From contig RDEW01000008.1 in NCBI GenBank assembly GCA_011109175.1, positions 326,588 through 390,587 of the forward strand: a stretch of 64,000 bases of DNA. Direction: 5' to 3'. The translations under genes were made by a program, and so were the position numbers. The notes below the pieces were generated by a model that worked only from the letters and a program-made list of their open reading frames with translations, was not told the origin of the DNA and did not search any database. Positions 39,950-51,479 of the stretch are shown piece after piece; the first letter of the stretch is position 1, and each line of letters starts with the position of its first letter. The stretch comes from Dicyema japonicum (Eukaryota > Animalia > Dicyemida).

Positions 39950-40575
39950 ACAGTCAAGAGATTCATGATACTTGTAGTGATATATGTGAGCAAAGGAAAC
40001 AAGTTTTAACTCCATTCTCAGGATGCGTCTGAATAGTCTCCAACGATCTTGAATATCTTTAGACTTATTGGCTTACATTCGTATTGCTTGTGAATTGAAA
40101 TCCTAGTCGACCAACCTAATTTTCTCATATGATTTGTGTGGAAAACGTCCAGTCAGTCAATTTTGATGTGGTTCAAGTTTTATAAGTTTGACAAACGAGA
40201 TGTCCAATTTTATTTTTAGATTGATGCTGATAGCTTGTGATTTTAACCATAAATTCTTTAGTTTATGCTTAGCAGTTGAAAAAGTTTGTCTTACCTTTAT
40301 TTAACAAACAATAAAAAAGTTAATATATTTAATCAACAACCTTCCTCGCCTGCCTGTTCGCCAGCCTCNCTTGTGAATTGAAATCCTAGTCGACCAACCT
40401 AATTTTCTCATATGATTTTTGTGGAAAGAGTCCAGTCAGTCAATTTTGATGTGGTTCAAGTTTTATAAGTTTGACAAACGAGATGTACAATTTTATTCTT
40501 AGAATGATGTTGATAGCTTGTGGTTTTAACCATAAATTCTATAGTTTATGCTTAGCAGTTGAAAAAGTTTGTCTT
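39950..40575 (-). mobile_element. Degenerate RTE 3' remnant (partly duplicated)
   Basis: LDVFH..RK and RWRLFRRILRME on the minus strand. Confidence 0.55.
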
Positions 40576-40576
40576 A

Positions 40577-40753
40577 CCTTTATTTAACAAACAATAAAAA
40601 AGTTAATATATTTAATCAACAACCTTCCTCGCCTGCCTGTTCGCCAGCCTCCTCAGGCAGGTTCGATTCTGGTTGCTGAAACAACTCCGAGAGCGCCTAG
40701 TCCAATTGAACCCTCTGCCCATATGGCATCTCAGGGCTCTGCCTCCTATACTC
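40577..40753 (-). mobile_element. R4-like element 3' tail
   Basis: Reverse complement of about 35835-36013. Confidence 0.9.
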
Positions 40754-40754
40754 A

Positions 40755-40970
40755 AAGACAGTTTGTGTTAAAATATTATTTTGATAAAAAATAATATTTT
40801 TTTTAAATAAATTTTTTTATCAAATTCCCAAATTGGCCACAAATAGTTCAGGAACAATTTTGGGCAAATTTGATGAACCTTACTGTAAACTGATTTTCCA
40901 AACAAATATCCTAATCTGTGGACGAGAGCCCAATTTTTTAATGGTTTTCGATCAACCTATTTGGTGGAAT
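40755..40970 (+). mobile_element. hAT (Buster/Charlie-type) transposase 3' fragment
   Basis: KYPNLWTRAQ..STYLVE; inverted copy of 43525-43735. Confidence 0.7.
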
Positions 40971-41006
40971 NTGATTTTTAAAAACTAAAAAAATTCTTTA
41001 AAATTT

Positions 41007-41103
41007 ATAATAATGAAAACGCAATTTATAATAATGAAAACAAAATTTATATTAATGAAAACGCAATTTATGATAATGAAAACGCAATTTAAAATAATGA
41101 AAT
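41007..41103. repeat. About 21-bp AT-rich minisatellite, about 4.5 units
   Basis: Repeated TAATGAAAACGCAATTTA(T/A)AA-like units. Confidence 0.8.
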
Positions 41104-41139
41104 ACCCTGTAAAATTCTACACGAAATTTTCAAATAAGG

Positions 41140-41660
41140 AACACAGGAAGTCTGATACACTCATCACATAGAAAACTGAAAAAGTGTCAGAACCGCTCTT
41201 CTCGGAGAGATGTAAGGGGTACATTACATTCCGCAAAACAAAATACTTTCACGGATCGGACAACATTTTGTCTATTCTATTGAAAAATCTTGGAGACGGG
41301 GGAGTCACCTTCTTAATGTCGATTTTCAACTATTCGATTAACAAAAATGTGATACCCTTATTATGGAAACAGGCAATAATACGGCCAATACTGAAACTTG
41401 GAAGACCAAGAGATGATCCAGCGTCTTTTAGAGCGGTGTCACTACTATGTTCCATATCTAAAATCCTGAAGAGGCTTGTGCTCGGAGAATAAAAGAATTT
41501 TTACCAGAGAGGGCTTTTCAATATGGATTCAAAAATGAGATATCCACGTCCACATACAAACATTGACCAACTTCATTCGAGTTGGATTTTCAAACAAGCC
41601 GAGACACTTAAAAACAGTGCTCTGCTCGACCGAGATACACAAAGCGTTTGACTCAGTCTA
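41140..41660 (+). mobile_element. I/Jockey-group LINE RT fragment
   Basis: GSDNI..LLKNLG..WKQAIIRPILK..DPASFRAVSLLCSISKIL, FQYGF and HKAFD. Confidence 0.8.
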
Positions 41661-41829
41661 GAGCAGGCATGCTCACGATCATATAATTCATGACTCCATT
41701 TTCGATATTTTTTAAATTTGTTGTATACTGTGGTTCCACAAGTTTAACAACAATAAAACAATTTACTAAATATAGACAATATTTGTTAGTATTTAATTTT
41801 TTTAAAGACAATTTTTTAACAAAGAAACA

Positions 41830-43345
41830 AATGTTAGTTGAGGAAGCCGGCTGCGTGGATCGCGGACGAGTTCCCTCGGAGTATGGCCATTCCAATCTTT
41901 TGTCTAAGCCATAACCCTTCTCGTTGATCCCTTTTCTTTCTGGCAAGCATTCCTTTGAGTTCGCGCAAGAACTCAGCCGTCATTGGATCAACGGCTCCCG
42001 ATGACTCGACCGCAACAGGAGTCCCCGAGGCAATAATATTTCTTGATTTTTAGGTTTTCCGCGGTCGAAGCGGTTGCTCCAGGTGTCTGAACCGACTTGA
42101 AAAGATTCGTGCTTGCTGTAAGTCTTCTGAAATAGTTCCCGACCGCAATGTGGCGGATTCCCTCACTGGGTTTTTTAAAGCAAGTAGCCTTGAGGAGAAG
42201 ATGTCGCTGTTAACCATTTTTCTGATTAGGTCCGTAATTGATTTGACAAGACAGCATCCAGCTTCAGAGATGTAAGTGGACGTAAAATCCTTAATATGAC
42301 CAGGACGTAACCCTTCCAAGCCTCCGCCGCTGCTAGCGACGCACTTCGGATTCGGTAATGATTATCTTCGAGGTTCCTTCAGGATTCAAAAACTTTTCAT
42401 AGTCAGTCGGTGTGCTTCAGTATTAAGGTATTCAGGACCTCGGGGGTTCAAGAGAATACTGTGTAATCGGACGTGATAACCCGTAAGGCTGTCCGCACGT
42501 AGTCCTCCAGAAGTTTTCGACTTACTCTCTTCTTTAGTTTGTTGGGGACATCTTTGGTGTATGCTCCTCTGGCTACGACCTCATTGACAATAAGTGGCTG
42601 TTAAGTATTGCGTGTATGTTATGACTGATAAAATTCATTATGTTTCGTTTCAGTTTCTCGTTGAGTCGGGAGTTTGTTTCTTTATTATTGTCCTCAGATT
42701 TCATTGTAGGTATTCCGAGTGCGACAGGTGCAAAGCATATAAGTTTTAGCCAAAATTCCCAACTGTCAGAAAACAGTGCGTGATCAATGGCATCTGCAAA
42801 AATACGTTGCTACGGCAATTCGTACTCTTTTGGGGATTTTTACTGGGATCTTCCTGGCTTTCCGGAGGTTCGAGATCTTCAAGAGAGTGTGGTCAGTATG
42901 TGGCAATGTAAAGTTTGGCTAAGCTATTTCTCCCGTCTGGGGACTTCCTTTCCAATACAAGAGGAACATAGCCAACTCGACAGCGTCTCGGCGCAAGCTT
43001 TACTCATTTTTATACAGCCCAAANCGAGATCTTCAAGAGAGTGTGGTCAGTATGTGGCAGTGTAAAGTTTTGCTGAGCTATTTCTCCCGCCTGGGGACCT
43101 CCTTTCCAATACAAGAGGAACATAGCCAACTCGACAGCGTCTCGGCGCAAGCTTTACTCATTTTTATGCAGCCCAAATGGACGAATGATTCACATGACGT
43201 GCAGTTAATTCCAAATTTCCTGATATTCGATTGTCCACATAAGAGAAATTCCTGAGTTATTCCTACTGGCTTTGTTCCACGTACTTCGTCTACTTTTCGT
43301 TCTTTATTTTCCGTCTGAGATTTCCGTTGATCACACCACACGTTT
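41830..43345 (-). mobile_element. CRE-like element with N-terminal PHD finger, internally deleted
   Basis: PHD in ORF 43078..43341, then IPKRVRIA, W..LICFAP, GLRPGHIKD, LLALK.P and PVAVES (RLE). Confidence 0.75.
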
Positions 43346-43384
43346 TATTTTGATACTTTGAAATTAAATTAATATTTGAAAAAA

Positions 43385-43735
43385 ACATACGAAACAATTT
43401 ATATTCCCATTACTAACTTAGTTATATCCGGCTCAATATTTGAGAATGATAATCGTAGATCACCTTTATTGACAAGTCTATTCCTCGTATTTGTAAGTAA
43501 TACTACTTTACTGAAGCCACATTCCACCAAATAGGTTGATCCAAAACCATTAAAAAATTGGGCTCTCATCCACAGATTAGGATATTTGTTTGGAAAATCA
43601 GTTTACAGTAAGGTTCATCAAATTTGCACAAAATTGTTCCTGAACTATTTGTGGCCAATTTGGGAATTTGATAAAAAAATTTATTTAAAAAAATATTATT
43701 TTTTATCAAAATAATATTTTAACACAAACTGTCTT
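43385..43735 (-). mobile_element. hAT (Buster/Charlie-type) transposase C-terminus
   Basis: KYPNLW..GSTYLVECGFSKVV..RNRL..GDLRLSFSNIEPDITKLV. Confidence 0.8.
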
Positions 43736-43736
43736 T

Positions 43737-44034
43737 GAGTATAGGAGGCAGAGCCCTGAGATGCCATATGGGCAGAGGGTTCAATTGGACATGGCGCTCT
43801 CGGAGTTGTTTCAGCAACCAGAGTCGAACCTGCCTGAGGAGGCTGGCGAACAGGCAGGCATAGGAGGCAGAGCCCTGAGATGCCATATGGGCAGAGGGTT
43901 CAATTAGACAAGGCGCTCTCGGAGTTGTTTCAGCAACCAGAGTCGAACCTGCCTGAGGAGGCTGGCGAACAGGCAGGGGAGGAAGGTTGTTGATTATTAA
44001 ATATATTAACTTTTTTATTGTTTGTTAAATAAAG
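43737..44034 (+). mobile_element. R4-like element 3' tail (tandemly duplicated)
   Basis: Matches 35835-36013. Confidence 0.9.
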
Positions 44035-44169
44035 TGGGGTCTATTAACACAAACTTTCTTTTATTTTTTTAAAATTTATTTTGAGTGTATGAAGATCATT
44101 GATTTTAGATATTATTTTTTATTTTATGTTCAATCAGATATAGTGCATTTGAAATCTCACTTTTGTTTT

Positions 44170-44580
44170 AAGTTCTAGTACTTCCATCAATTATTTCGTC
44201 TTCTTTTTCAGAATTCACCAATCAGTCTATTATAAAGCCCTGTCTCGTCCATATTGTAAATTCCGTCTTCTTTATAATGTTTGGAATTACTACAAATCCT
44301 TCTCGTTTGCCAGTTATCATTTCTCCATGTAATTTATACATTCTAAAACCATGTCTTTTTTGAATCTTGTAAGAAATCCTTTTGAATTTTTGAAATCACT
44401 AATTGATAACTTTTCGGCAATATTTTGTGCTTTATTTGATATTCGTCCGTCATTTAACAAAGCACATAAAGGAAACTAAAAACACCCTTAGATTCCATCA
44501 AATCCATCCATTCAACAAGCTTAGTATCAAGCTCAGGAACTTTTATGCTTAAGTATACAGCCAACGCTATGGACGGTGAC
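44170..44580 (-). mobile_element. pogo/Tigger transposase remnant
   Basis: PELDTKLVEW, FKNSKGFLTRFK.RHG, KLHGE and IYNMDETGL (CENP-B HTH and first DDE Asp). Confidence 0.8.
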
Positions 44581-44689
44581 ATTATATATTAATTTTCACC
44601 AGGTTTTTTGTTAAAAATCTTTTTTTCTGTGGCTCCGCAAGGGGGCCACTGGCTCCCCTTTGGGCATGGCTGTTCTAGAGTAAGATACT

Positions 44690-45615
44690 ATCGAGAAAAA
44701 TATTTCAATCGGAGATCCCAGGGAAGCTCAAGCTTTGGATTACCAACTTCATAAGTAAGCGAAGGGGACGTGTATACCTCGAAGGACTGAAATCCATCTC
44801 ACGTATCCTACCAAACGGAGTCCATCAAGGATCTCCTTTATCTCCTGCTTGTTTAACTTCTCTCTGGCCGATCTCCCGGCTCTTGAATATGATGATGTTC
44901 TACTCTCTTATGCTGATGATGTTGAATTGGCTTCGCGAGATCGGGATATCCAGAAGGCCACAGAAAGAATAAAAGTTAACCTGGACCTGCTTAATGTCTG
45001 GATAATGGAAAACCAGCTCATAATGAATGCAGAGAAGTCGTCTACGTACCTTTTTATTTCTGACAAAAGATTGGAAATGAAGACAGTCACCTTGAAGTTA
45101 AACAAGGTTGGGATCCCTTTCAACAGATGTCAAATGATCTGACAATTGATATGCATCTCTGTTTGACACATAAAAAACATTTTTTTTAAATGCGGAAACT
45201 GAATGTATTGAAAAGTTTATCGGGAATATGGAAGAGTGGAACTCTTTCGGTTCTGATGAACGTGTATAAATATTACATCGAGCCATGTTTCTCATTTGCA
45301 TGCGACTCGTGGGGACTGTCCATATCTTGGAAAAATATGAGGAAAATCGAAGAAATGCATGAGGGCTTACAAAGTAACGGAGCGTTGGATTTGTAGAGAT
45401 TACCGAGCCCGACCGACGTTTCTGGAGACCCTTATCAGACTAGACTCCAGATCACGGGAATGTGGCCATGAAAAATCAGTCAGCCATCCTGTATGTTCAT
45501 GCGCGGACACAAAGGAAGAATAACGGGCAAAGATGAAGTCGTTGTTAAATTGCATCGGGATCACGTGATAACTAGTTTGTTTTTACCGTAGTCTTGGGTT
45601 GTTAAATAAATAAAT
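44690..45615 (+). mobile_element. I/Jockey-group LINE 3' half
   Basis: GVHQGSPLSP, SYADDVEL and YKYYIEP, ending LLNCIGIT*. Confidence 0.85.
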
Positions 45616-45619
45616 TTAG

Positions 45620-45782
45620 AGACTGTCTCGACCAAAGTCCATTGCGGGGTTTATATATCTTCGAGGAGATCCTTAGTCGGATATTGGAGAGAAAAGCGCC
45701 CGTCATCTCTCACACGGCCCTGGAAGTCTCAATAGGAACGAAATGGTAGTTTTCCCTGAGTGATTCGTACTTTCAGATTTTC
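45620..45782 (-). mobile_element. CRE-like RLE fragment
   Basis: Minus strand KYESLRENYHFVPIETS. Confidence 0.5.
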
Positions 45783-45804
45783 NNNNNNNNNNNNNNNNNN
45801 NNNT

Positions 45805-46190
45805 TTATCAAATTCCCAAATTGGCCACAAATAGTTCAGGAACAATTTTGGGCAAATTTGATGGACCTTACTGTAAACTGATTTTCCAAACAAATATCCT
45901 AATCTGTCAAATTGGCCACAAATAGTTCAGGAACAATTTTGGGCAAATTTGATGGACCTTACTGTAAACTGATTTTCCAAACAAATATCCTAATCTGTGG
46001 ACGAGAGCCCAATTTTTTAATGGTTTTCGATCAACCTATTTGGTGGAATCTGGCTTCAGTAAAGTAGTATTACTTACAAATACGAGGAATAGACTTGTTG
46101 TCAATAGATGTGATCTACGATTATCATTCTCAAATATTGAGCCGGATATAACTAAGTTAGTAATGGGAATATAAATTGTTTCGTATGTTT
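45805..46190 (+). mobile_element. hAT (Buster/Charlie-type) fragment
   Basis: Inverted copy of 43385-43680. Confidence 0.8.
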
Positions 46191-46232
46191 TTTTTCAAAT
46201 ATTAATTTGATTTCAAAGTATCAAAATAAAAC

Positions 46233-46790
46233 GTGTTGTGTGATCAACGAAAATCTCAGAAGGAAAATAAAGAACGAAAAAAAGACAAAGTACGAGGAAC
46301 AAAGGCAGTAAGAACAACTCAGGTATGTCTCTTATGTGGACAATCGAATATCAGGAAATTTGGAATTAACTGCACGTCATGTGAATCATTCGTCCATTTG
46401 GGCTGCATAAAAATGAGTACAGCTTGCGCCGAGACACTGTCGAGTTGGCTATGTTCCTCTTGTATTGGAAAGGAGGTCCCCAGGCGGGAGAAATAGCTCA
46501 GCCAAACTTTACATTGCCACATACTGACCACACTCTCTTGAAGATCTCGAAACTCCGGAAAGCCAGGAAGATCCCAGGAAAAACCCCCATAAGAGTACGA
46601 ATTGCCGTAGCAACGTATTTTTGCAGATGCCATTGATCACGCACTGTCCTCTGACAGTTGGGAATCCTGGCTAAAACTTATATGCTTTGCACCTGTCGCA
46701 CTCGGAATACCTACAATGAAATCTGAGGACAATAATAAAGAAACAAACTTCCGCCTCAACGAGAAACTGAAACGAAACATAATGAATTTT
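46233..46790 (+). mobile_element. 5' part of PHD-bearing CRE-like element
   Basis: CLLC..CTSC..HLGC..WLCSSC (C4HC3); inverted copy of 42635-43345. Confidence 0.75.
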
Positions 46791-46791
46791 A

Positions 46792-47720
46792 GCAGACGTC
46801 TTACACAATAACGCTGCTCTTTTACGGATGCCTTCAGTAATTTGTCGCTTTGTCTCAGGCATTATAAGGGACTTTGGAGTTTCAGTAACACCCAGATACT
46901 TACATCCTTCGTGTTCCTCTAGGACTCTTACTAACTCGCTACATACTTGCGTGTTAGTTGCAGACTTTGAATAATTCAAATCTAGCCCTATACTCTCAAA
47001 GAATTCCCTGGCACAGACCCCCATGGAGTAGAGCTTTTCGGCTGTTCGAGCATACATCTTCAGGTCATCGATAAAAAGAAGGTGATTTGTACTGAAACAG
47101 ACCCCNTAGGACTCTTACTAACTCGCTACATACTTGCGTGTTAGTTGCAGACTTTGAATAATTCAAATCTAGCCCTATACTCTCAAAGAATTCCCTGGCA
47201 CAGACCCCCATGGAGTAGAGCTCTTCGGCTGTTCGATCATACATCTTCAGGTCATCGATAAAAAGAAGGTGATTTGTACTGAAACAAACCACCTCACAAT
47301 AAACTGGTATTTACTCAAACCGGTCACTGAGGCAGCACTTGTTGATCAAATCCTGCTNACTTGCGTGTTAGTCGCAGACTTTGAATAATTCAAATCTAGC
47401 CCTATACTCTCAAAGAATTCCCTGGCACAGACCCCCATGGAGTAGAGCTCTTCAGCTGTTCGATCATACATCTTCAGGTCATCGATAAAAAGAAGGTGAT
47501 TTGTACTGAAACAGACCACCTCACAATAAACTGGTATTTATCAAACCGGTCACTGAGGCAGCACTTGTTGATCAAATCCTGCTCTTTTCCCCCTGACAAT
47601 TTCGCACAGTACCCAACTGATTCTCGGAGAAAATCCCATTTGCTTCTACAAAGCTCCTGACCTCATTAGCCACCAATTTGGTCATCAGTTTATACAGGGT
47701 TGGCATGCAGGTATTATTAG
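46792..47720 (-). mobile_element. R4-like RT fragments (three overlapping copies)
   Basis: TCMPTLYKL, NQLGTVR, NHLLFIDDLK and CKYLGVTE; overlaps the 5' end of the 34545 copy. Confidence 0.85.
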
Positions 47721-47729
47721 CTGACATTA

Positions 47730-48150
47730 GTGCGCTCCATTATTATAGAATTGGTCGGGTTTCTTTAAAGTCTTCAAGAAAGGAAACACATTTCGCCGTG
47801 TAACTTGAGCATCCGTGTTTCCGTTTGAATTTATCTAAAAATCCATTATAATTTTTGAAATTACTGGGTTTTAATTACAAAAATGTTGCATTGGTATTAA
47901 AGCATCATTCAATAAACCAGCTATAAAATTGATTTTTTCGATACCTTAAGATTCTAACTCCATTCTACGAACTTGTCTTCATGCTTCAGATATTTTGGTT
48001 TATATGAAACTTTACAAGACGGCTGATGTTTTTATAATGTGTCTTTCTTCAGTAAAGGATTATTGTTTTTTTCGAAAACAACTGCGAAAATCTTTAAGCT
48101 ATGTGTTGCCACGAAACAGGATCATCTTAATAATTTACAATTTGATTAAA
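47730..48150 (-). mobile_element. pogo/Tigger transposase remnant
   Basis: EDKFVEW, FKNYNGFLDKFKRKHG and KLHGE. Confidence 0.65.
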
Positions 48151-48254
48151 AAAATTTAGTTAGCACAACATACTTTTTGCAAATAAAATTAAAAAAATAG
48201 CTATACAAACAAATTTTATACATTAACCCTCAGTCTTGTTTGATAAAATTAATA

Positions 48255-48480
48255 ATGAAGTTATTATTATTAACCCAGGCTTACAATCTTCGGCAAGCTC
48301 TCACAAACAGTCATAACTAATTAATCGGAGAAAGGAATCCAAGGGAGAGTAGGTCCGCCCTCTTCCATTTTCGTCGCACGTACTACCGTCGCGGACATCA
48401 CTTAATTCTTTGGCGGAATAGTTTTCTTAATGTAATTTTCACTAGAGGACTTGGTCAATGATGAGGTTGGAAAGTCGGGT
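48255..48480 (-). mobile_element. SINE-like 3' half
   Basis: Minus strand matches 21405-21620 (TGACCAA..CTAGTGAA, GACGGTAG..GAAAATGGAAGAG, GATTAATTAGTTATGACTGT). Confidence 0.55.
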
Positions 48481-48576
48481 GTCTAAAAAGTTGTATAATT
48501 TTAATTAAAATATAAAAAAATATTTCAGTAATTTTAAAATGTTTTAAAATTAGATTACGTAGCTAAAGGGGTATTC

Positions 48577-49401
48577 ATGTTGTTAAAATCTGGAAATCTC
48601 AAAATTCGATGGTATCATCGCATTTTAATAAATACTCTAAAATATGGGAAAGTCCCCAAACATTTGGCAGTAATAATGGACGGAAACAGACGTTTTGCTA
48701 GATTAAATAAACTTAAAACTTCAGATGGGCATAAACTGGGCTTCGAAACCCTTTCTTTAGTATATTTATTAAATTATTTATTTGGATTATTGAATGGTGC
48801 AGAGAAGTCGGTATTCCAGAGGTTTCTTTCTACGCTTTCAGCCTTGAAAATTTTAAACGGTCTTTAGAAGAATTGGATGATCTCTTTGATCTTTTCTGTG
48901 AAAAAATGAAGGATTTACTACGAGAAATATAAAAATTGATTTTATTAAGAAAACTTTTAAATGATTTGGAGGTCAAAATTAGATTCATTGGAGACCTTTC
49001 AAGACTTCCAGAAGACATCCAACAGCTCACTTCGTCTATTTCTAACCACACTCGGTCATTCAACAAGTAGTCATAGTTTCTTATAGATATTTACTCAATA
49101 TTGCTATTGCCTACACATCTCGGGAGGAAATGAGATACGCTACTCAGTTGATTCTTGAAAGAGGAGCTAATGAAGTCGATGTGAAATCTTTTGATGAGTT
49201 TTTGTATACTGAAGGGTCTCCTCTTCCTGATATTTTAATGAGAACTTCAGGAGAACGAAGACTTAGCGATTTTATGACATGACAGGTTGGATTTGTTTTT
49301 AAATGAAGTGTGCTGAGAGTAAACTGCAATTTATTGATACTTTGTGGCCTAATTTTACTTTTTGGGGATTATTTATGGTTTTAATGAACTATCAACTTTG
49401 A
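48577..49401 (+). CDS. DHDDS: Dehydrodolichyl diphosphate synthase (cis-prenyltransferase), 5 exons, with in-frame TGA and two non-canonical introns; functional status uncertain
   Basis: PKHLAVIMDGNRRFA, GH..GF, YAFSLENFKRS, IRFIGDL..LP, AYTSREE, PDILMRTSGERRLSDFMT*Q and LWPNFT. Introns 48760-48785 (GT-GG), 48929-48949 (AT-AG), 49067-49086 and 49286-49308. Confidence 0.9.
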
Positions 49402-49439
49402 TTTTGATTTAATTTATATTTTTGTTTATAGGAGTTAAT

Positions 49440-51460
49440 GTTCTAATGTACAAGAAAGTATCCGCCGAACTGGATGAAGACTATGAGGAATACAGGTTTC
49501 TGAGAGCGGATTGTAGGCATTATGGAATGGTCTTTGTGGTCCATCAAAGCAAAAGTATTGTAAAATCAATAACAGTATTTGAATAATTCAGATATGGATT
49601 AGTAATAAATTATCAACAATAATAAATGTTTCCCACCATAACTGCAATAAATATGAAATCTTATTCACTATGAAGGCACTTGCTTTCAAGCGATCACAAA
49701 TCAGCTATTTTTTGTTTTAAATTTACCAAGGCGCAATTGCACAAACACATAAACATCATTGCACAAGAATCTCGGTTTAATTGTTGAACACAAATTCTGA
49801 CATTCGGAAAAGATTTGTGGAAAGGATCAACAACCACATCTCGCGATTACCTGATATCCGTCAACCCGACCAAAGTTGGAACGGAATTACCGGCAGAATT
49901 AGAATTGCAACCTTGAGTTTATTAAAGGTTGTTTCAACAAGGTCCACNTCGGAAAAGATTTGTGGAAAGGATCAACAACCACATCTCGCGATTACCTGAT
50001 ATCCGTCAACCCGACCAAAGTTGGAACGGAATTACCGGCAGAATTAGAATTGCAACCTTGAGTTTATTAAAGGTTGTTTCAACAAGGTCAACATTCTATA
50101 TAAAAAAATTAATGAGTTGTCAAGAATACAAAGGAACTTAAAACATGGAAACAAAAATGCTAAATGCAACCTTAAAAAAGAAGAGAAAGGAATACAGAGG
50201 AATATAAAGAAAATAGTAAAAAAACTTGAACTGATTAACATTGCCTTGGAACTAGAAAAATTATATAACGGTCCGAAAATGTTCAAGGCAGTTATGAATA
50301 AATCAAGTATATCCATAAACATTAAAGTAACGTACCGAGTATGAAACTGACTTAAAAGAAAATGCTATGTTATTGCTTCCCATTTCAAAAACAAATTCCA
50401 CAACGAGCACCACCAAATTGAACAATTTACTGGCAATCCAAGGCCTCTAAATGACTCAATTCATACGAAAAGGTTCTTAGCGCAATCAACAAGCTAAAAA
50501 TAACACTAGCTCAGGAATATTAATATTAAAATAACTCCCGAGAAAACAAAATTAATTAAGTCTCCCTTGTGCCGTATTCAGAATCATCCTTTCCATCAGC
50601 CTCGACCATGATCTTCTATTGCCCGCTAGTTCTCTTAGGTTCTAGGTCGTCTGCCGACGTTAGTCCCATACCAACCGCCAATAGATATTCATTCAAGATA
50701 GTTGGAATTGTCGTTTTTACCCTTCACGGAATCCGAGTAATGTGTGTGCGAATAGTCGTCCATTGTGACATTTGCGAAGACCTGGTCATTTAGACGTAAC
50801 ACGTGGCCAAAGAGGCTCCATCTTGAGTTGAAAATATCATCTGACAGCACGTCGGATTTGGATTTATTAAAAAGTTTTGCATTAGAGATATTCATAGGCC
50901 AGTTGATCTTTATTACCGATTTGAGCTGAACTCTCTGGAAGGAGTCAATACGGTCCATTTCCCGTTTAGGGATTCCCCAAGTCGCCGATTTGTAAATTAG
51001 TACCGGAATGACAAAAGCTTTGTATATTCTAAGCCTGGTGTTTAGTACTATCCTCTTCTTGTGCCCCCATATTAACGATATTTTTTTAGTGCACTCATAG
51101 GAAGGATTTCCTACAAGAAACATCTTTAGAGAGCCCAGGAATAGATGGAATAAACAGAGAATTCATAAAAAATTGTCAACATAACAAAATATTTGAAATG
51201 CGTATACCTTTACCACCGGGAGAAAGCCTTCTAATCCCAGTCCAGAAACCAGGGAAAAATCGGCCCTATCGAAAACCTCTGTCTAATTATACTACTAAAC
51301 TCAATAAGGAAGATTTTATTAAAATTTATGCCTAAAATAAATAGTCTGGTGGTAGAATACTGCAATCAAAGCTGATTCAGGAGCGATCGATCAACTTCAG
51401 ACATTGTATAGGCCCATCGACGAAGATGCGCTATAACACAAAAATACAAAAAAGAAATAA
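49440..51460. mobile_element. Nested degenerate RTE LINEs (plus copy split by a minus copy at about 50530-51120)
   Basis: Plus strand: HYGMVF..SDH..IPVQKPGK..ILLNSIRK. Minus strand: LRIYKAFVIPVL..RWSLFGHVLRL. Confidence 0.75.
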
Positions 51461-51479
51461 ATATCATCTGAATCGACCC

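Noticed and set aside
41007-41103. CRISPR-like array
   Set aside because: Head-to-tail units have no spacers, the context is eukaryotic and there are no cas genes.
44629-44680. GC-rich hairpin GTGGCTCC-GCAA-GGGGGCCAC, resembling a CPEB3/HDV ribozyme start or a Helitron 3' end
   Set aside because: I could not build the HDV double pseudoknot, and no Helitron body is adjacent. Most likely a DNA-transposon or MITE internal motif.
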